A stretch of DNA of 64,000 nt from Eledone cirrhosa (GCA_964016885.1 OZ024740.1:65410001-65474000), one strand, 5' to 3'. Positions 1 through 14,309 are shown, counted from the first letter of the stretch. Program-made: numbers and translations. The notes: a model not told the origin generated them from the letters alone.

Positions 1-3000
1 CATATCCGGAAAAAAAAAAGAAACCAAAAAAGAAAAAAAATTCTCTTCCTTCCCCCTCCAAAAACAAAATACAGAGGGAAACAAATAAATTAAGAAACAA
101 AAAAGTTAGGACAGATATGCCACCATCCACACCAGCATCACCAACCCCATCAACCCAAACACCAACACCATCACCATCATTAACCCCAACACCACCATCA
201 CCTACACCACAAAAGTCACCAAAATGCGAAACAGAAACAAACCCACAACAAACGCAAACAAAACAAAGCAACCAAAACGATACACACTACACAGCATTAA
301 ATTTGAACAACAAGCAATTATTACACTACATCCAACACAACACCAGCATCACAGAAAAAGACTACACAACAACCTCAAAATTCACACCACCTCCACACAT
401 ACAAATCACTCGCATCACACAGAAAACGTACATGACACTAAAACAAAAATTCCCCAAAGACATCGGAGACTTCCGACAAGCACTCTCCAGGAGGATTTAT
501 AAGGACATCCTTCCTGAGGAGGCCCCAAGCAGTGAAAAGGATGGAAAAACCGTCCTTCCCCTACGAGAAGTAAGGTAAGTGGTCTTTCCCATCTTTTCCA
601 CTCCTTTTCAACATGACCTCACTCAGAATAGGCAGCATAAATACGCGTGGCTTGGGGTCGTCATGGAAGCAGGGCCACCTGCTCAACGACCTCAGGTCAC
701 TAAACATAGATGTAGTGGCCATCAGCGAGACCAGAATCTCCGAAGCACAGGCTTTTGCACCGATCTTCGGCGGCTACGATGTGTACGCATCTCCCAGCCG
801 TCCGGGATCAGGGGGAGGAGTTGCTGTGCTTTTTCGGAGAGGTTTGGATCTTGCCATACGGGCCATCTTCCTGGACCCAGAAGGAAATTTGGTGGTGCTG
901 GACGTGACCAGTGGAGACGGGCAAGCTTTCAGGTTAGTGGCCGTCTATGCCCCGACAGGAGCAGGGCGGCCTGATTTCTTCCGGCGTCTGGAGACCTTTC
1001 TTGGAACGTCCCGCTCTTTAGTGTTAGTGGGTGACTGGAACGGGATCTTAGATGCATGCTGGGATTGTGTGGGATTAGTGGATAGGGAAGGAGGGTGCAA
1101 GAGTCTCACCAACCTGCTCAGACGTTTTGAACTGTCTGACAGGTACCGAATGGATTTCCCGAATGTACCAATGTGGACTTGGACAAATCGCATAGGGTCT
1201 TCCAGATCATATCTAGATAGAGTATTTTGTATGGAAATAGATATGTCTAGCATAGGCTGTCCACAATTCAAGATAGTCAGCTACACGGACCTCAAATTCG
1301 TGATCTGTGTGCTTGACTTAGATAGGCTTCATAGACGAGGACCCGGCTACTGGAAGCTAAACGCGTCCTTACCAGCGCGCCATGCCTACAGAGACCGGAT
1401 TAGCGAACTAGTTAAGCGGGCGTTGACGGGGGCCATCGTCAACAACAAGTGGTGGTTTGCTCTGAAAAGAGCAATTAGAATAGAGTCCATTAGGTTTAGT
1501 AAGACTTTAGCAATAGAGAAAAATAGAGCAGAGGGTGAATTAGTTAGAAAATTAGATGAGGCGCTTAGCGAAGGCATCGCGACCGACGTACTTGCGGCGA
1601 AATTGGCCCTTGACAAATTCTTCAATGCAAAGCACGAAGGCTGCGTTGTCAGAGCTAGGGTGCGTGCTCTCAGACACGAGGGGACGAAAGCCGTTCAATG
1701 GGCCCGAGTGGCGGAGGCGCGCCGTGGCAACAAAGCCACGATCCGGTCTTTGGTGGACCACGACAGGCGCATGCTACTCGATCCCGGGCAAATGTGTGAA
1801 GCTTTTCAGCGTCACTTCGCTCAACTGTTCGGGGGCAGTGGCGGGCCAGTCGAGGGATGGACTTTAGTGTCTACCTCGACGGACTGCCGCGGCTTTCGAA
1901 CACTGAGGCGGAGTGTTGTGAAAAGCCGATAACAACCGCTGAAGTACGGGATGCAATGACTAGTTGCACAAGGGGTAAATCGCCTGGTTTGGATGGTCTG
2001 CCCTATGAACTTTACGTACAAGTGACAAACTTGTTCGGAGGCCTCTTGGCGGACGTCTACTGCAACTGGCAACTGAACGGGAGAATTCCCAGCTCTGTGA
2101 GCCGAGGAGCGGTGACGCTGCTGAGAAAGGATCCGAACAAGGGGGATAATATAGATAATTTTAGGCCCATAACTCTGCTAAACACAGAGTTCAAGATTTT
2201 GGCCAAGGTGCTAGCAAAAGGTTGGCGCTTGTCGTTGGTGGTCTGGTGGGAGAGGCACAGTCATGCGCCATTCCCGACAGATCCATCCACGACAACCTCC
2301 ACCTCATGCGATACATCGTAGAGAGGGTAGCTAGGGAACCTGGCACGGGTGGGTCTTTGATCAATTTAGATCAGTCGAAAGCCTTCGATAGGGTCGACCA
2401 TCGTTACCTAGCGGCAGTCCTGAGGGCGGCTGGCTTTGGGCCCGTCTTCAGAGGCTGGATCGCTGCCATGCACAGCAACATCTGCTCTGTAGTGAGAGTG
2501 AACGGTCACCTTTCGGAACCGTTCAACATAATGCGCTAGGTCCGCCAAGGATGTCCCCTCTCGTCCCTATTGTACATATTGACTCTCGAGCCATTACTGC
2601 ACAAACTGGAGACGTTGAGGGGGATCCCGCGCGAACTAGGATGCGGAAGATCCGTGTCAGCATATGCCGACGATGTCACCGTAGTGGTGTCGTACACCAA
2701 ACACATCGAGGCGATCGGCACTACACTAAGAAAATACGAAGTGGTGACAGGAGCAATGATCAACCAGGAAAAGTCAGTGGGCCTGCAGCTCGGCACCTGG
2801 AGAGGCAGGTCCATGCCGTCCAACAGCGTCGTCGGGCGCTGGACAGACGGAGCGGTTAAATTGCTAGGGTTTTGGTTCGGTCCAGACCTCCAGACGGACA
2901 AAAACTGGGACGAGGTGACGAGCAGGGTGGCTTCTCTCACCCAGAAATGGGCCGAGAGGAAGCTATCCCTGAAAGGTCGAGCGGAGGTGGCTAACGCGTA

Positions 3001-4273
3001 CATCGCGTCCGTCATCTACTACCGCCTGACCGTCGTACCTTGTCCTAAGCCCCGCCTGGCTGCGCTGGAGCGTTTGCTCTTTCGCTTCTTGTGGAAAGGA
3101 CGCGCTCCGATGGTCAGGCGGTCCATCTGCTGTCAACACCCGCTACGTGGAGGGCTGGGCATGCCGTGGCTGATGATGCGCAGACACGCGCTCAGGCTAC
3201 GACATCCCCACCTCTTCCTCGACGGTGATCAGGTGTGGTCGCCGTTTGCTAGACACATTTTTCCCCAGCTCGTCTCCTTGACGGAGCTGCAGTCCTGGGT
3301 CAAGCGAAGACCGAGAAGGAGCGCTTGGAGACTGGAATGTCTTCAGGCGCTCACAGCTCTCCACCAATCGGGCAATGTGATCGGTGGAAACTCCACCTTG
3401 GCGTTCTATAGGGGATTAGTGGAGGGGAAGAGCGATGACGTACTTGGAGAAACTCTAGACGTCGACGAAAATCAACTAGCCAATCTCTTCGGAAGGACTT
3501 TCGGGCCGGGCCCTATGGACAACTTCCAGAAATCCCTGGTCTGGCAGTGCTACCGGGGTGCTTTGCCAGTTCGTGATAAACTTTACAGGCATGGACGTGC
3601 CGTCAGCCGGGCATGTCCGAGATGCGCACAAGGCGACGAAACCGTCCTGCACGCACTCGTCCAGTGTCCGAGCATTGCTGACTTGTGGGTTTATGTCGAA
3701 CACCTGCTGTCACGTGTAGGACGGATCCAGCTATCAGCTGAGTCCATCGTGACGATTGCCCCGCCCCCTTCCTTTAGCCGGGAAGGGCAGGGCGTTTTTA
3801 TCTGTCTGGTGGCCATGGCGAAAGAGATAGTATGGTGGACACGTTTGAAAGGGCTGAAGACGAGCACTTACCTCTTCGGTGATGCCCTGATTAACTTTTT
3901 CAAATTTCATTTGAAAAGGAAAATCAGGGTAGAGAGGGAAGTGCTCTCTTCCCAGCATTTTGTTGAAAGATGGGTGAGAGAAGCAAGTATGGCCCGAATG
4001 AATGGGCCTTCTCTGAGTATGTGTCTGTAAATTAAAGGTGGAAAACTGGGAGAGGGCACTTGCCCTGGTTGTCAGGGCCACTGTGGTCTTTTAATGGGCT
4101 TTCTCCACAAATGTCCCTCGGAAGTCACCCCCCTATTGGGGAATTTTTCTTTGTTATTTTATTTCATCCTCTGTTTTTTTTACACGCAGAAATGCCTCTT
4201 TGTACCGTCCTGTATTGTCCTGTACTGTCCTTTATGTCTACTTTATGTAAACCCTTGTGGTTAATAAAGAAAA

Positions 4274-4325
<52 letters not shown>
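1..4325 (+). mobile_element. Tx1/L1-clade non-LTR retrotransposon, copy A (5' end outside window), with (TTA)n tail
   Basis: End of ORF1 (1-578), disrupted ORF2 (613-4030), 3' UTR with AATAAA near 4263, and (TTA)n at 4275-4325. Nearly identical to 5930-10286. Confidence 0.93.
613..4030 (+). pseudogene. LINE ORF2 (APE endonuclease, reverse transcriptase, C-terminal zinc finger), disrupted
   Basis: Motifs GSINTRGL, ISET, VYAP, GDWN, YLDRVF, GLDGLP, FRPITLLN, QSKAFDRV, YADD and CPRC..ETVLH..C. Frameshifts near 1850 and 2220, TAG at 2537-2539, and YTDL in place of catalytic YTDH. Confidence 0.93.
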
Positions 4326-4533
4326 GGCGACCTACGTAGTAAATCGTATCATCGTGAGCTCCGCAAAGGTTTGTTATTTCCGTTTGTTAAAAATTGTCAT
4401 TTATGGAAAATTTTATTGTTAACTGTTTATAAGCGCACATACATTGTTTTCCGAAAAGGACACCCAAAAAGATTGGGGCCTTGTGCCCAAAATTTAAACT
4501 TTTATTATTATCAAAAAGTTTTCTTTGAAAATA

Positions 4534-6506
4534 ATGGCTAATTCACCTCTGCACGAAGCATCTGAAAGCCTTCCTCACAAATTAACACCTCACACCGACA
4601 CCACCATTGTAAATGTTACTACGTTTGCCCGCACAAAAAAAAATATAAGCAGTAGCAATATTTTAAATTTGTCTCAGGCAGACATTAGTTTCCCGCCATT
4701 ACCAATGACTGCAGGTGTTAAAGCCTCCACCACCACCACCACCACCACCACCGCGACAACAGAAACAAAAGAAGAAAAAAATAAATTAACTCGTGATGTC
4801 GAAATGAAATCAAGCAAAATGAACTCTTCCCCACCAAAGACGACTGACGTCACCACCACAACTGAAACTAAAATTAATATTAACGATAGCAACAACAACA
4901 ACAATGACATTATAAACCCCCCCCCCCCGTCAGTTTCGCCGGAGTAGCAAAACAATTCGAAGCATTTACCGTAACTCAAGAAGATTTAGAAAATGCCAAA
5001 CAAATGGTAAAGAAAGATGGGTACAGGGTCAGCCTCACCCCCCCACCCACCTAATAAAATGGAGCATCGGCGCCTATGCACCGTGTCGTATAGAACAATA
5101 AATGTAAAATAGCGCCGAGTGGAACGGGCATCCGAGTCCCAAATCCAAAAAGCTTTGGGACATGTGTGGGCAAGAAAAACCCACATCAGACGTGGGCAAA
5201 AGTATGGAACCGTGGATGTGTTCTTTGAAACACCAGTGGAGGCTAGAGAACACTCCATGGCCCCATTAAAAAGTGACGACTTCACACTCGTCCCAAGCTA
5301 TTGTGGCCAGAGACTCGTAAAGATCAGGGTGACCCACGTTCCACCAGCCATCGAAATTCCCTGGCTAATAGCGGCTGTCCTCGCCGGCATCGAGGCCAAC
5401 ACGAAAATAATAACAATAGCAAAAGAAAAGCAGGAAAACTGGTCCGGATCTGGGATGGAGCTCCTGATCCAAGCGGACCAAAAAAGCATTGAGGAAATCC
5501 CAGAGGTAATAGACCTCACTGACGGCAGCCACCTCACGGTAATTGTCGAGGGCAGAAGACCTAGGTGTGTCGTCTGTGGTGAAGGAACCCACCTAAGGGC
5601 TTTCTGCCCTCAGGCTAAAAGGTTGAGGCCACCTCTCCTACCCACCCCAGTGACACAACCATCAACACCACCAGTAGCAGAGATGCCAGCAACAACTGTA
5701 GCAGCAACAACAGAAGCAACTATAACAGCAACAACCCCAGCAACAGTAGCAAAACCAACACCACTACCACCACCAGCAAAACCAACACCAACACCACCCA
5801 CCGCTTCAGAACTAGCACCAGCGCCTACACCATCCACCACACCACAACCAAAACTAACGGCTGTGGAGGATTTTCCACTCCCCGGCCTATCACAACTGGA
5901 GACAGATTGTGACGACGAGGAGTGGGAAACGATATCCGGAAAAAAAAAAGAAACCAAAAAAGAAAAAATTCTCTTCCTTCCCCCTCCAAAAACAAAATAC
6001 AGAGGGAAACAAATAAACTAAGAAACAAAAAAGTTAGGACAGATATGCCACCATCCACACCAGCATCACCAACCCCATCAACCCAAACACCAACACCATC
6101 ACCATCATTAACTCCAACACCACCATCACCTACACCACAAAAGTCACCAAAATGCGAAACAGAAACAAATCCACAACAAACGCAAACAAAACAAAACAAC
6201 CAAAACGATACACACTACACAGCATTAAATTTGAACAACAAGCAATTATTGCACTACATCCAACACAACACCAGCATCACAGAAAAAGACTACACAACAA
6301 CCCCAAAATTCACACCACCTCCACACATACAAATCACTCGCATCACATAGAAAACATACATGACACTAAAACAAAAATTCCCCAAAGACATCGGAGACTT
6401 CCGATAAGCACTCTCCAGGAGGATTTATAAGGACATCCTTCCTGAGGAGGCCACAAGCAGTGCAAAGGATGGAAAAACCGTCCTTCCCCTACGAGAAGTA
6501 AGGTAA
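4534..6506 (+). pseudogene. LINE ORF1 (gag-like, CCHC zinc knuckle, Pro/Thr-rich linker), disrupted
   Basis: ORF pieces 4525-4947, 5119-6021 and 5922-6350. Zinc knuckle CVVCGEGTHLRAFC (Cx2Cx4Hx4C). Breaks fall at poly-C and poly-A runs and at point stops. Confidence 0.8.
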
Positions 6507-6540
6507 GTGGTCTTTCACATCTTTTCCACTCTATTTAAAC

Positions 6541-9500
6541 ATGACCTCACTCAGAATAGGCAGCATAAATGCGCGTGGCTTGGGGTCGTCATGGAAGCAG
6601 GGTCACCTGCTCAACGACCTCGGGTCACTAAACATAGATGTAGTGGCCATCAGCGAGACCAGAATCTCCGAAGCACAGGCTTTCGCACCGATCTTCGGCG
6701 GCTACGATGTGTACGCATCTCCCAGCCGTCCGGGATCGGGGGGAGGAGTTGCTGTGCTTTTTCGGAGAGGTTTGGATCTTGCCATACGGGCCATCTTCCT
6801 GGACCCAGAAGGTAAGTTGGTGGTGCTGGACGTGACCAGCGGAGACGGGCAAGCTTTCAGGTTAGTGGCCGTCTATGCCCCGACAGGAGCAGGGCGGCCT
6901 GATTTCTTCCGGCGTCTGGAGACCTTTCTTGGAACGTCCCGCTCTTTAGTGTTAGTGGGCGACTGGAACGGGATCTTAGATGCACGCTGGGATTGTGTGG
7001 GATTAGTGGATAGGGAAGGAGGGTGCAAGAGTCTCACCAACCTGCACAGACGTTTTGAACTGTCTGACAGGTACCGAATGGATTTCCCGAATGTACCAAT
7101 GTGGACTTGGACAAATCGCATAGGGTCATCCAGATCATATCTAGATAGAGTATTTTGTAGGGAAATAGATAGGTCTAGCATAGGCTGTCCACAATTCAAG
7201 ATAGTCAGCTACACGGACCACAAATTCGTGATCTGTGTGCTTGACTTAGATAGGCTTCATAGACAAGGACCCGGCTACTGGAAGCTAAACGCGTCCTTAC
7301 CAGCGCGCCATGCCTACAGAGACCGGATTAGCGAACTAGTTAAGCGGGCGTTGATGGGGGCCATCGTCAACAACAAGTGGTGGTTTGCTCTGAAAAGAGC
7401 AATTAGAATAGAGTCCATTAGGTTTAGTAAGACTTTAGCAATAGAGAAAAATAGAGCAGAGGGTGAATTAGTTAGAAAATTAGATGAGGCGCTTAGCGAA
7501 GGCATCGCGACCGACGTACTTGCGGCGAAATTGGCAATTGACCAATTCTTCAATGCAAAGCACGAAGGCTGCGTTGTCAGAGCTAGGGTGCGTGCTCTCA
7601 GACACGAGGGGACGAAAGCCGTTCAATGGGCCCGAGTGGCGGAGGCGCGTCGTGGCAACAAAGCCACGATCCGGTCTTTGGAGGACCACGACGGGCGCAT
7701 GCTACTCGATCCCGGGCAAATGTGTGAAGCTTTTCAGCGACACTTCGCTCAACTGTTCGGGGGCAGTGGCGGGCCGGATCGAGGGATGGACTTTAGTGTC
7801 TACCTCGACGGACTGCCGCGGCTTTCGGCCACTGAGGCGGAGTGTTGCGAAAACCCGATAACAACCGCTGAAGTACGGGATGCAATGACTAGTTGCACAA
7901 GGGGTAAATCGCCTGGTTTGGATGGTCTGCCCTATGGACTTTACGTACAAATGCCAAACTTGTTCGCAGGCCTCTTGGCGGACGTCTACTGCAACTGGCA
8001 ACAGAACGGGAGTATTCCCAGCTCTGTGAGCCGAGGAGCGGTGGCGCTATTGAGAAAGGATCCGAACAAGGGGGATAACATAGATAATTTTAGGACCATA
8101 ACTCTGCTAAACACAGAGTTCAAGATTTTGGCCAATGCGCTAGCAAAGAGGTTGGCGCTTGTCGTTGGTGGTCTGGTGGGAGAGGCACAGACATGCGCCA
8201 TTCCCGACAGATCCATCCACGACAACCTCCACCTCATGCGATACATCGTAGAGAGGGTAGCTAGGGAACCTGGCACGGGTGGGTCTTTGATCAATTTAGA
8301 TCAGTCGAAAGCCTTCGATAGGGTCGACCATCGTTAACTAACGGCAGTCCTGAGGGCGGCTGGCTTTGGGCCCGTCTTCAGAGGCTGGATCGCTGCCATG
8401 CACAGCGACATCTGCTCTGTAGTGAGAGTGAACGGTCACCTTTCGGAACCGTTCAACATCATGCGCTCGATCCGCCAAGGATGTCCCCTCTCGTCCCTAT
8501 TGTACGTATTGACTCTCGAGCCATTACTGCACAAACTGGAGACGTTGAGGGGGGTCCCGCGCGAACTAGGATGCGGAAGATCCGTGTCAGCATATGCCGA
8601 CGATGTCACCGTAGTGGTGTCGAACGCCAAACACATCGAGGCGATCGGCACTACACTAAGAGAATACGAAGCGGTGACAGGAGCAATGATCAACCAGGAA
8701 AAGTCAGTGGGCCTGCAGCTCGGCACCTGGAGAGGCAGGTCCATGCCGTCCAACAGTGTTGTCGGGCGCTGGACGGACGGACCGGTTAAATTGCTAGGGG
8801 TCTGGTTCGGTCCAGACCTCCAGACGGACAAAAACTGGGACGAGGTGACGAGCAGAGTGGCTTCTCTCACCCAGAAATGGGCCGAGAGGAAGCTATCCCT
8901 GAAAGGTCGAGCGGAGGTGGCGAATGCGTACATCGCATCCGTCATCTACTACCGCCTGACCGTCGTACCTTGTCCTAAGCCCCGCCTGACTGCGCTGGAG
9001 CGATTGCTCTTTCGCTTCTTGTGGAAGGGACGCGCTCCGATGGTCAGGCGGTCCATCTGCTGTCAAAACCCGCTACGTGGAGGGCTGGGCATGCCGTGGC
9101 TGATGATGCGCAGACACGCGCTCAGGCTACGACATCTCCACCTCTTCCTCGACGGAGATCAGGTGTGGTCGCCGTTTGCAAGACACGTTTTTCCCCAGCT
9201 CGTCTCCTTGACGGAGCTGCAGTCCTGGGTCAAGCGAAGACCGAGAGGGAGCGCTTGGAGACTGGAATGTCTTCAGGCGCTCACAGCCCTCGACCAATCG
9301 GGCAATGTGATCGGTGGAAACTCCACCTTGGCGTTCTATAGGGGATTAGTGGAGGGGAAGAGCGACGACGTACTTGGAGAAACTCTAGGCGTCGACGAAA
9401 ATCAACTAGCCAATCTCTTCGGAAGGACTTTCGCGCCGGGGCCTATGGACAACTTCCAGAAATCCCTGGCCTGGCAGTGCTACCGATGAGCTTAGCCAGT

Positions 9501-9960
9501 TCGGGATAAACTCTACAGGCATGGAGGTGCCGTCAACCGGGCATGTCCGAGATGCGCGCATGGCGACGAAACAGTCCTGCACGCATTCGTCCAGTGTCCG
9601 AGCATTGCTGACTTGTGGGTTTATGTCGAACACCTGCTGTCACGTGTAGGACGGATCCAGCTATCAGCTGAGTCCATCGTGACGATTGCCCCGCCCCCTT
9701 CCTTTAGCCTGGAAGGGCAGGCAGTTTTTATCTGTCTGGTGGCCATGGCGAAAGAGATAGTATGGTGGACACGTTTGAAAGGGCTGAAGACGAGCACTTA
9801 CCTCTTCGGTGATGCCCTGATTAACTTTTTCAAATTTCATTTGAAAAGGAAAATCAGGGTAGAGAGGGAAGTGCTCTCTTCCCAGCATTTTGTTGAAAGA
9901 TGGGTGAGAGAAGCAAGTATGGCCCGAATGAATGGGCCTTCTCTGAGTATGTGTCTGTAA
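6541..9960 (+). pseudogene. LINE ORF2 (APE-RT-zinc finger) with two in-frame stops
   Basis: ORFs 6541-8337, 8398-9489 and 9613-9960 are in one frame, interrupted by TAA (8335-8337) and TGA (9487-9489). YTDH, RQGCPLS and YADD are present. Confidence 0.93.
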
Positions 9961-10202
9961 ATTAAAGGTGGAAAACTGGGAGAGGGCACTTGCCCTGGTG
10001 GTCAGGGCCACTGTGGTCTTTTAATGGGCTTTCTCCACAAATGTCCCTTGGAAGTCTCCCCTCTATTGGGGAATTTTTCTTTGTTATTTTATTTCAACCT
10101 CTGTTTTTTTACACGCATAAATACCCATTTGTACCGTCCTGTATTGTCCTGTACTGCCCTTAATGTCTACTTTATGTGAACCCTTGTGGTTAATAAAGAA
10201 AA

Positions 10203-10286
<84 letters not shown>

Positions 10287-13200
10287 CACTATTACAGCTG
10301 TATTTATCTTGCTCTATTTTCATACGAGTTATCACCAAGTCACAACCAGTGACCCCAAGAGACAACAAGGTCCGCCATGTTCAAGAAAGAACATACATAC
10401 TCACACATACTTCTTTAGTGTTTAGACTTGTGATGTACTTATATTGACAGAATCTTCCTTAGTATATGGGCAGTTCCCATTAGTACTATCTTTTGTATTT
10501 CTCCTATACGCGGGTTTCCTGGGATTTGCAATAAGTAATCATTAGACCCCTTAGGTATCATTCCTAGAGCGCCTACAACCACTGGTATTGTTTTAGTCCT
10601 TAATTTCCACATTTTTCCAATTTCTATCTCCAGGTCCTTATACTTGCTCAATTTTTCAAATGTTTTTATAGATACATTCTTGTCTATTGGAACGGACATA
10701 TCAATTAGCAGGCATACCCTCTTTTTAAAGTCCTTCAATATTATATCAGGTCTATTTGCATCTATTTTTCGGTTTGTTTGGATGCTAGAGTCCAACAAGA
10801 TTGAGATGTGATCCTTTTCAAGTCTGGGAAGTGGTTGATGCTCCCACCAAATCTTTTGATAGTGCATGTCAAAATGCTTACAGATTATCCAATGTATGTA
10901 TTGTGCAGCTCTATCATGCCTGTATAGGTATTCGGTTGGGGCTATATGAGTGCACATTGTAATTATATGGTGAATGGTCTCTGGTTTTCTTTTACATACA
11001 CGGCATAATGGGCCGCATCCATTTTTTATCATGTTGGCTTGGTAATTTTTTATTGGCAGACACTGACCTTGTGGTGATATAATCAGTCCTTCAGTCTCGG
11101 ATTTCAGTCCAGAGGATGTCAACCACTGATGGGTTAAAGTTTTGTCAACATCATGATTGTTAGATCGTTCTGGGTATTTTCCATACAGAGGCTTTTTTTG
11201 CTATTTCTTAGCTAGTTTCTGTAGCAGTTCTTTCTTTGCAGTTACTTTTACATGCTTTGCTTTTTCTGTGTTTTCCATTTCAGAAGTAAATGTGACTTCT
11301 GTAATGTATAGTCCATTACTGTATTTTTGTGCATCTTTTGTAATGGAGTATGATCTTTTGATGCTTTCGTGTTTCAAAACGAGTTTGATCACCCAATCAT
11401 CTGATTCCCTTAGATATGTAGATAATACAATTGTTGCAGTTTTCAACGCAATGTCAAACTGGATTAACCCACGTCCTCCTTCTTTCCTAGGGAGATATAT
11501 TCTATCTATGTCTGCCTTAGGGTGATGCATTCTGTGCATGGTTAAAAATTTTCGAATTTTTGTATCGAGCCTACGGATATCTGTGCTTGACCAGTTGATG
11601 ACATTGTAACTGTAGGTTACTACTGGTATGGCAAGCGTGTTTATGGCATCGATCCTATTCCTTGCATTCAATTCCGTTCTTAAGATTGCTCTTACTCTGC
11701 GGTAAAATTCCTTCCTTATCCTTTCCCTCATTGTCGAGTGCTTGATTCCGTCTCCTTCACAAACGCCTAGATATTTGTAAGTTTCCTCTTGATCAAGTTC
11801 CCGATCAAGATTAATGTCTTAACTTTTCAGAAGCTTTCCTCTGGTGAACGTTGCTTTGGCGCATTTATCTAGTCCAAACTCCATTTTAATGTCAACACTG
11901 AACTGCTCCACAGTGGATAATAGCCCTTGCAATTGTTCATCATTTTTTGCAAATAGTTTCAGGTCATCCATGTAGAACAAGTGATTAATGGTTTTGTCAT
12001 AGACTTTATATACATGTTTTGTTTCATTGAGCATTTTACTTAATGGTATAAGTGCGAAGCAGAATAAAAGCGGTGATAAAGAGTCACCCTGAAAAATTCC
12101 ACAATTAATATTAACTTCTCCAGCTTCCAGTGATTTTGTTTCACTATTCAAAAGGAGTGTCGTTTTCCATGTCTTCATACTGAATGACAAAAACCTCCTG
12201 ACAACGGGGGATATTTTGAAAATCTCTAAACATTTTTCAATCCAACTGTGTGGCAAACTATCGAATGCTTTTTTATAATCTATCCAAGCAATTGATAGAT
12301 TTTTGTGTCTATTATGACAATCTTCCAGTATCATTTTGTTAACCAAAAGCTGATCCTTACAGCCATATGAGCCTCGTTTACACCCTTTCTGCTCAATGGG
12401 AAATAGGTTATTTATTATCAGGTGGTCATATGTGTATTCAGTTAGGACTGATGTTAAAATTTTATACATTGTGGTCAAGCAAGTTATCGGTCTGTAATTT
12501 TTGGGATTGTTTGTCTCATCATTCTTCGGAAGCAGGAATGTAATGCCGTTAACTAGCCATGATGGTATCTTTTCTGGCTTCTTAACTATTTCATTGTAAA
12601 GTTGGGCTAACAGCTCATGAGACTCTGTGAAGGCATTTATCCAAAGATTTTGTATTTTGTCTCTTCCTGAGGATTTCCATTTGCTGGTTTTTCTTAGAGC
12701 CAAACGCAACTGTTCAACTGTTATATTTTCCCTTATTTGTTCCTCAAGGTGAGCTGTATCTTTCATTTGTCTGTCTATCCATGGGGCATGTATATTATGA
12801 ACTTTTTCTTCGGCCCAGATCTTTTCCCAGAATTCTTGCACCTCCTCCTTGGGTGGTATTGATTTAGCAGTTATTGTTGACTTACCAATTATTCTGTAGA
12901 AGTTTCTTTGGTTGGTTTTGAACATATTATTGTCCTTATAGAATCTAGATCGTTTTTCAAAGCGCCTTATACGAGCAGCTTTGGCCGACACGTTTTGCTT
13001 GATTATTTCTATCAGCATGCCTATGTCACTTGTTGGTTTTATACTGTACCTTCTTTTCAATTTCCTAAGTTTAGTTTGTTTAGCATGTTCACCTACTTTA
13101 TAGTTTTCTTTTAATTTCTATGTCAGATCGGAGAAGGTTTATTTGGCGATTGATGTTCTCTTGCCAAGTATATTTCTTGTGGGAATTCCTTTGTTTTTTC

Positions 13201-14225
13201 ATCTTCACTCCACATAAGTGAGTGGTGACTTTAGCCGATGCATAATAGAGATGATTTAAATCAGTAATGTTTAGTTTGTTTGTGATGATAATGTTTTTGA
13301 GAATTATGTTAGTCTTGTGTATTATCTTTTGGTTCTGTTTGGAGTTCTAGATCTTAGGGAGGGTGTCTCGTTCCCCCATGTCAGATTGTTTCATTTTCGA
13401 TCATAATTCATCCTTCAAGTTGGCAAGTTCATTCTCATTCATTCTTTATCATTTACGATCTCATTGTTTTCATTTGGAGTATCATCTTGAGCATTAACTC
13501 CCTCCACTTTTTCGATCTTTTCCTTAATTTGTTCTGTTGTCAGTGATTCCGCCCCAACCCTGGGATTCGAAGTGTTACAAATTACTTCGTTTTCACTGAC
13601 ACATGTTTCATTTTCCCTTCGCTAACGTTGTGCTTATAGCTTGATCTGATCAATTTCTATATCATTTAGTAACTTTTTTTTTACAATATTTCTTCGTATA
13701 TTGGCTAGTTTGTTACTGTCAATATAGCCTCTCTTTTCAGGATGTTTCTTTTTCCAGTTGATATATGTCCATTGTGTATTCGATGTATTTGATGGGTAGT
13801 ACATGGCAGTGTAGAAAGCCTCAACGACTTCTTTATTATCTTCCCTTGACCATTTTTCTCTCTTTTTCTTTGGATTTCTTAGTGGTGAGCATGGAGGGCC
13901 AACAGTAGGAGTATTCCGGTTATGGGATGTCTCCAGCTCCGAAGTGATGGGGAAGGTTTGAACCATTAGCTGATTTTTCGACCCCAGTCTGGTTCCTCTC
14001 TGTTGGACGCGGCCTTTTTTACTGGGGTGACGGCCGATCCGGTATGAGATTTTATCATTAGACATTTACTTTATTTTGTCGCGTTTTATCCTTATCCGCC
14101 AAGGGGTAATCATTTCGTGTTACCACTTCTAGAACGAGTGTCAACCAAGACTAGAGGGGTCGTTCTCCCCTAGAGACACGGCTATTCCCCGCTAGCCGCC
14201 ATCCCGGTAATTCTTGGTCACGGGG
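10287..14225 (-). mobile_element. R4/Dong-like non-LTR retrotransposon, family 1, near full length and decayed
   Basis: Single long broken ORF from ATG at 14065 to stop near 10439. RT motifs NYRPITCL, EQKGC, DYKKAFD, GIFQGDSLSP, YMDD. Zinc finger CRVC..H..C, then RHD and restriction-like endonuclease RPDII..ID..K..KY. The 3' end abuts (TAA)n on its own strand. Confidence 0.9.
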
Positions 14226-14309
14226 TTTTTTATTGTTGTTTTTTTTTAAATTGTTATTATCATGAGTGGTTCCTTAATGTGAGCATTGCGTGGCTTAAGA
14301 ATGAAATTA

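Larger units (their letters stand above)
4326..10286 (+). mobile_element. Tx1/L1-clade LINE, copy B, apparently full length and flanked by (TTA)n on both sides
   Basis: Starts GGCGACCTACG directly after the (TTA)n of copy A. 5' UTR, ORF1, ORF2, 3' UTR, then (TTA)n at 10204-10286. Confidence 0.93.

Noticed and set aside
8436-8945. Antisense ORF of 159-169 aa recurring in all four Tx1 copies, plus other overlapping ORFs
   Set aside because: The copies are nearly identical and GC-rich, so shared open antisense frames are expected. No recognisable domain.
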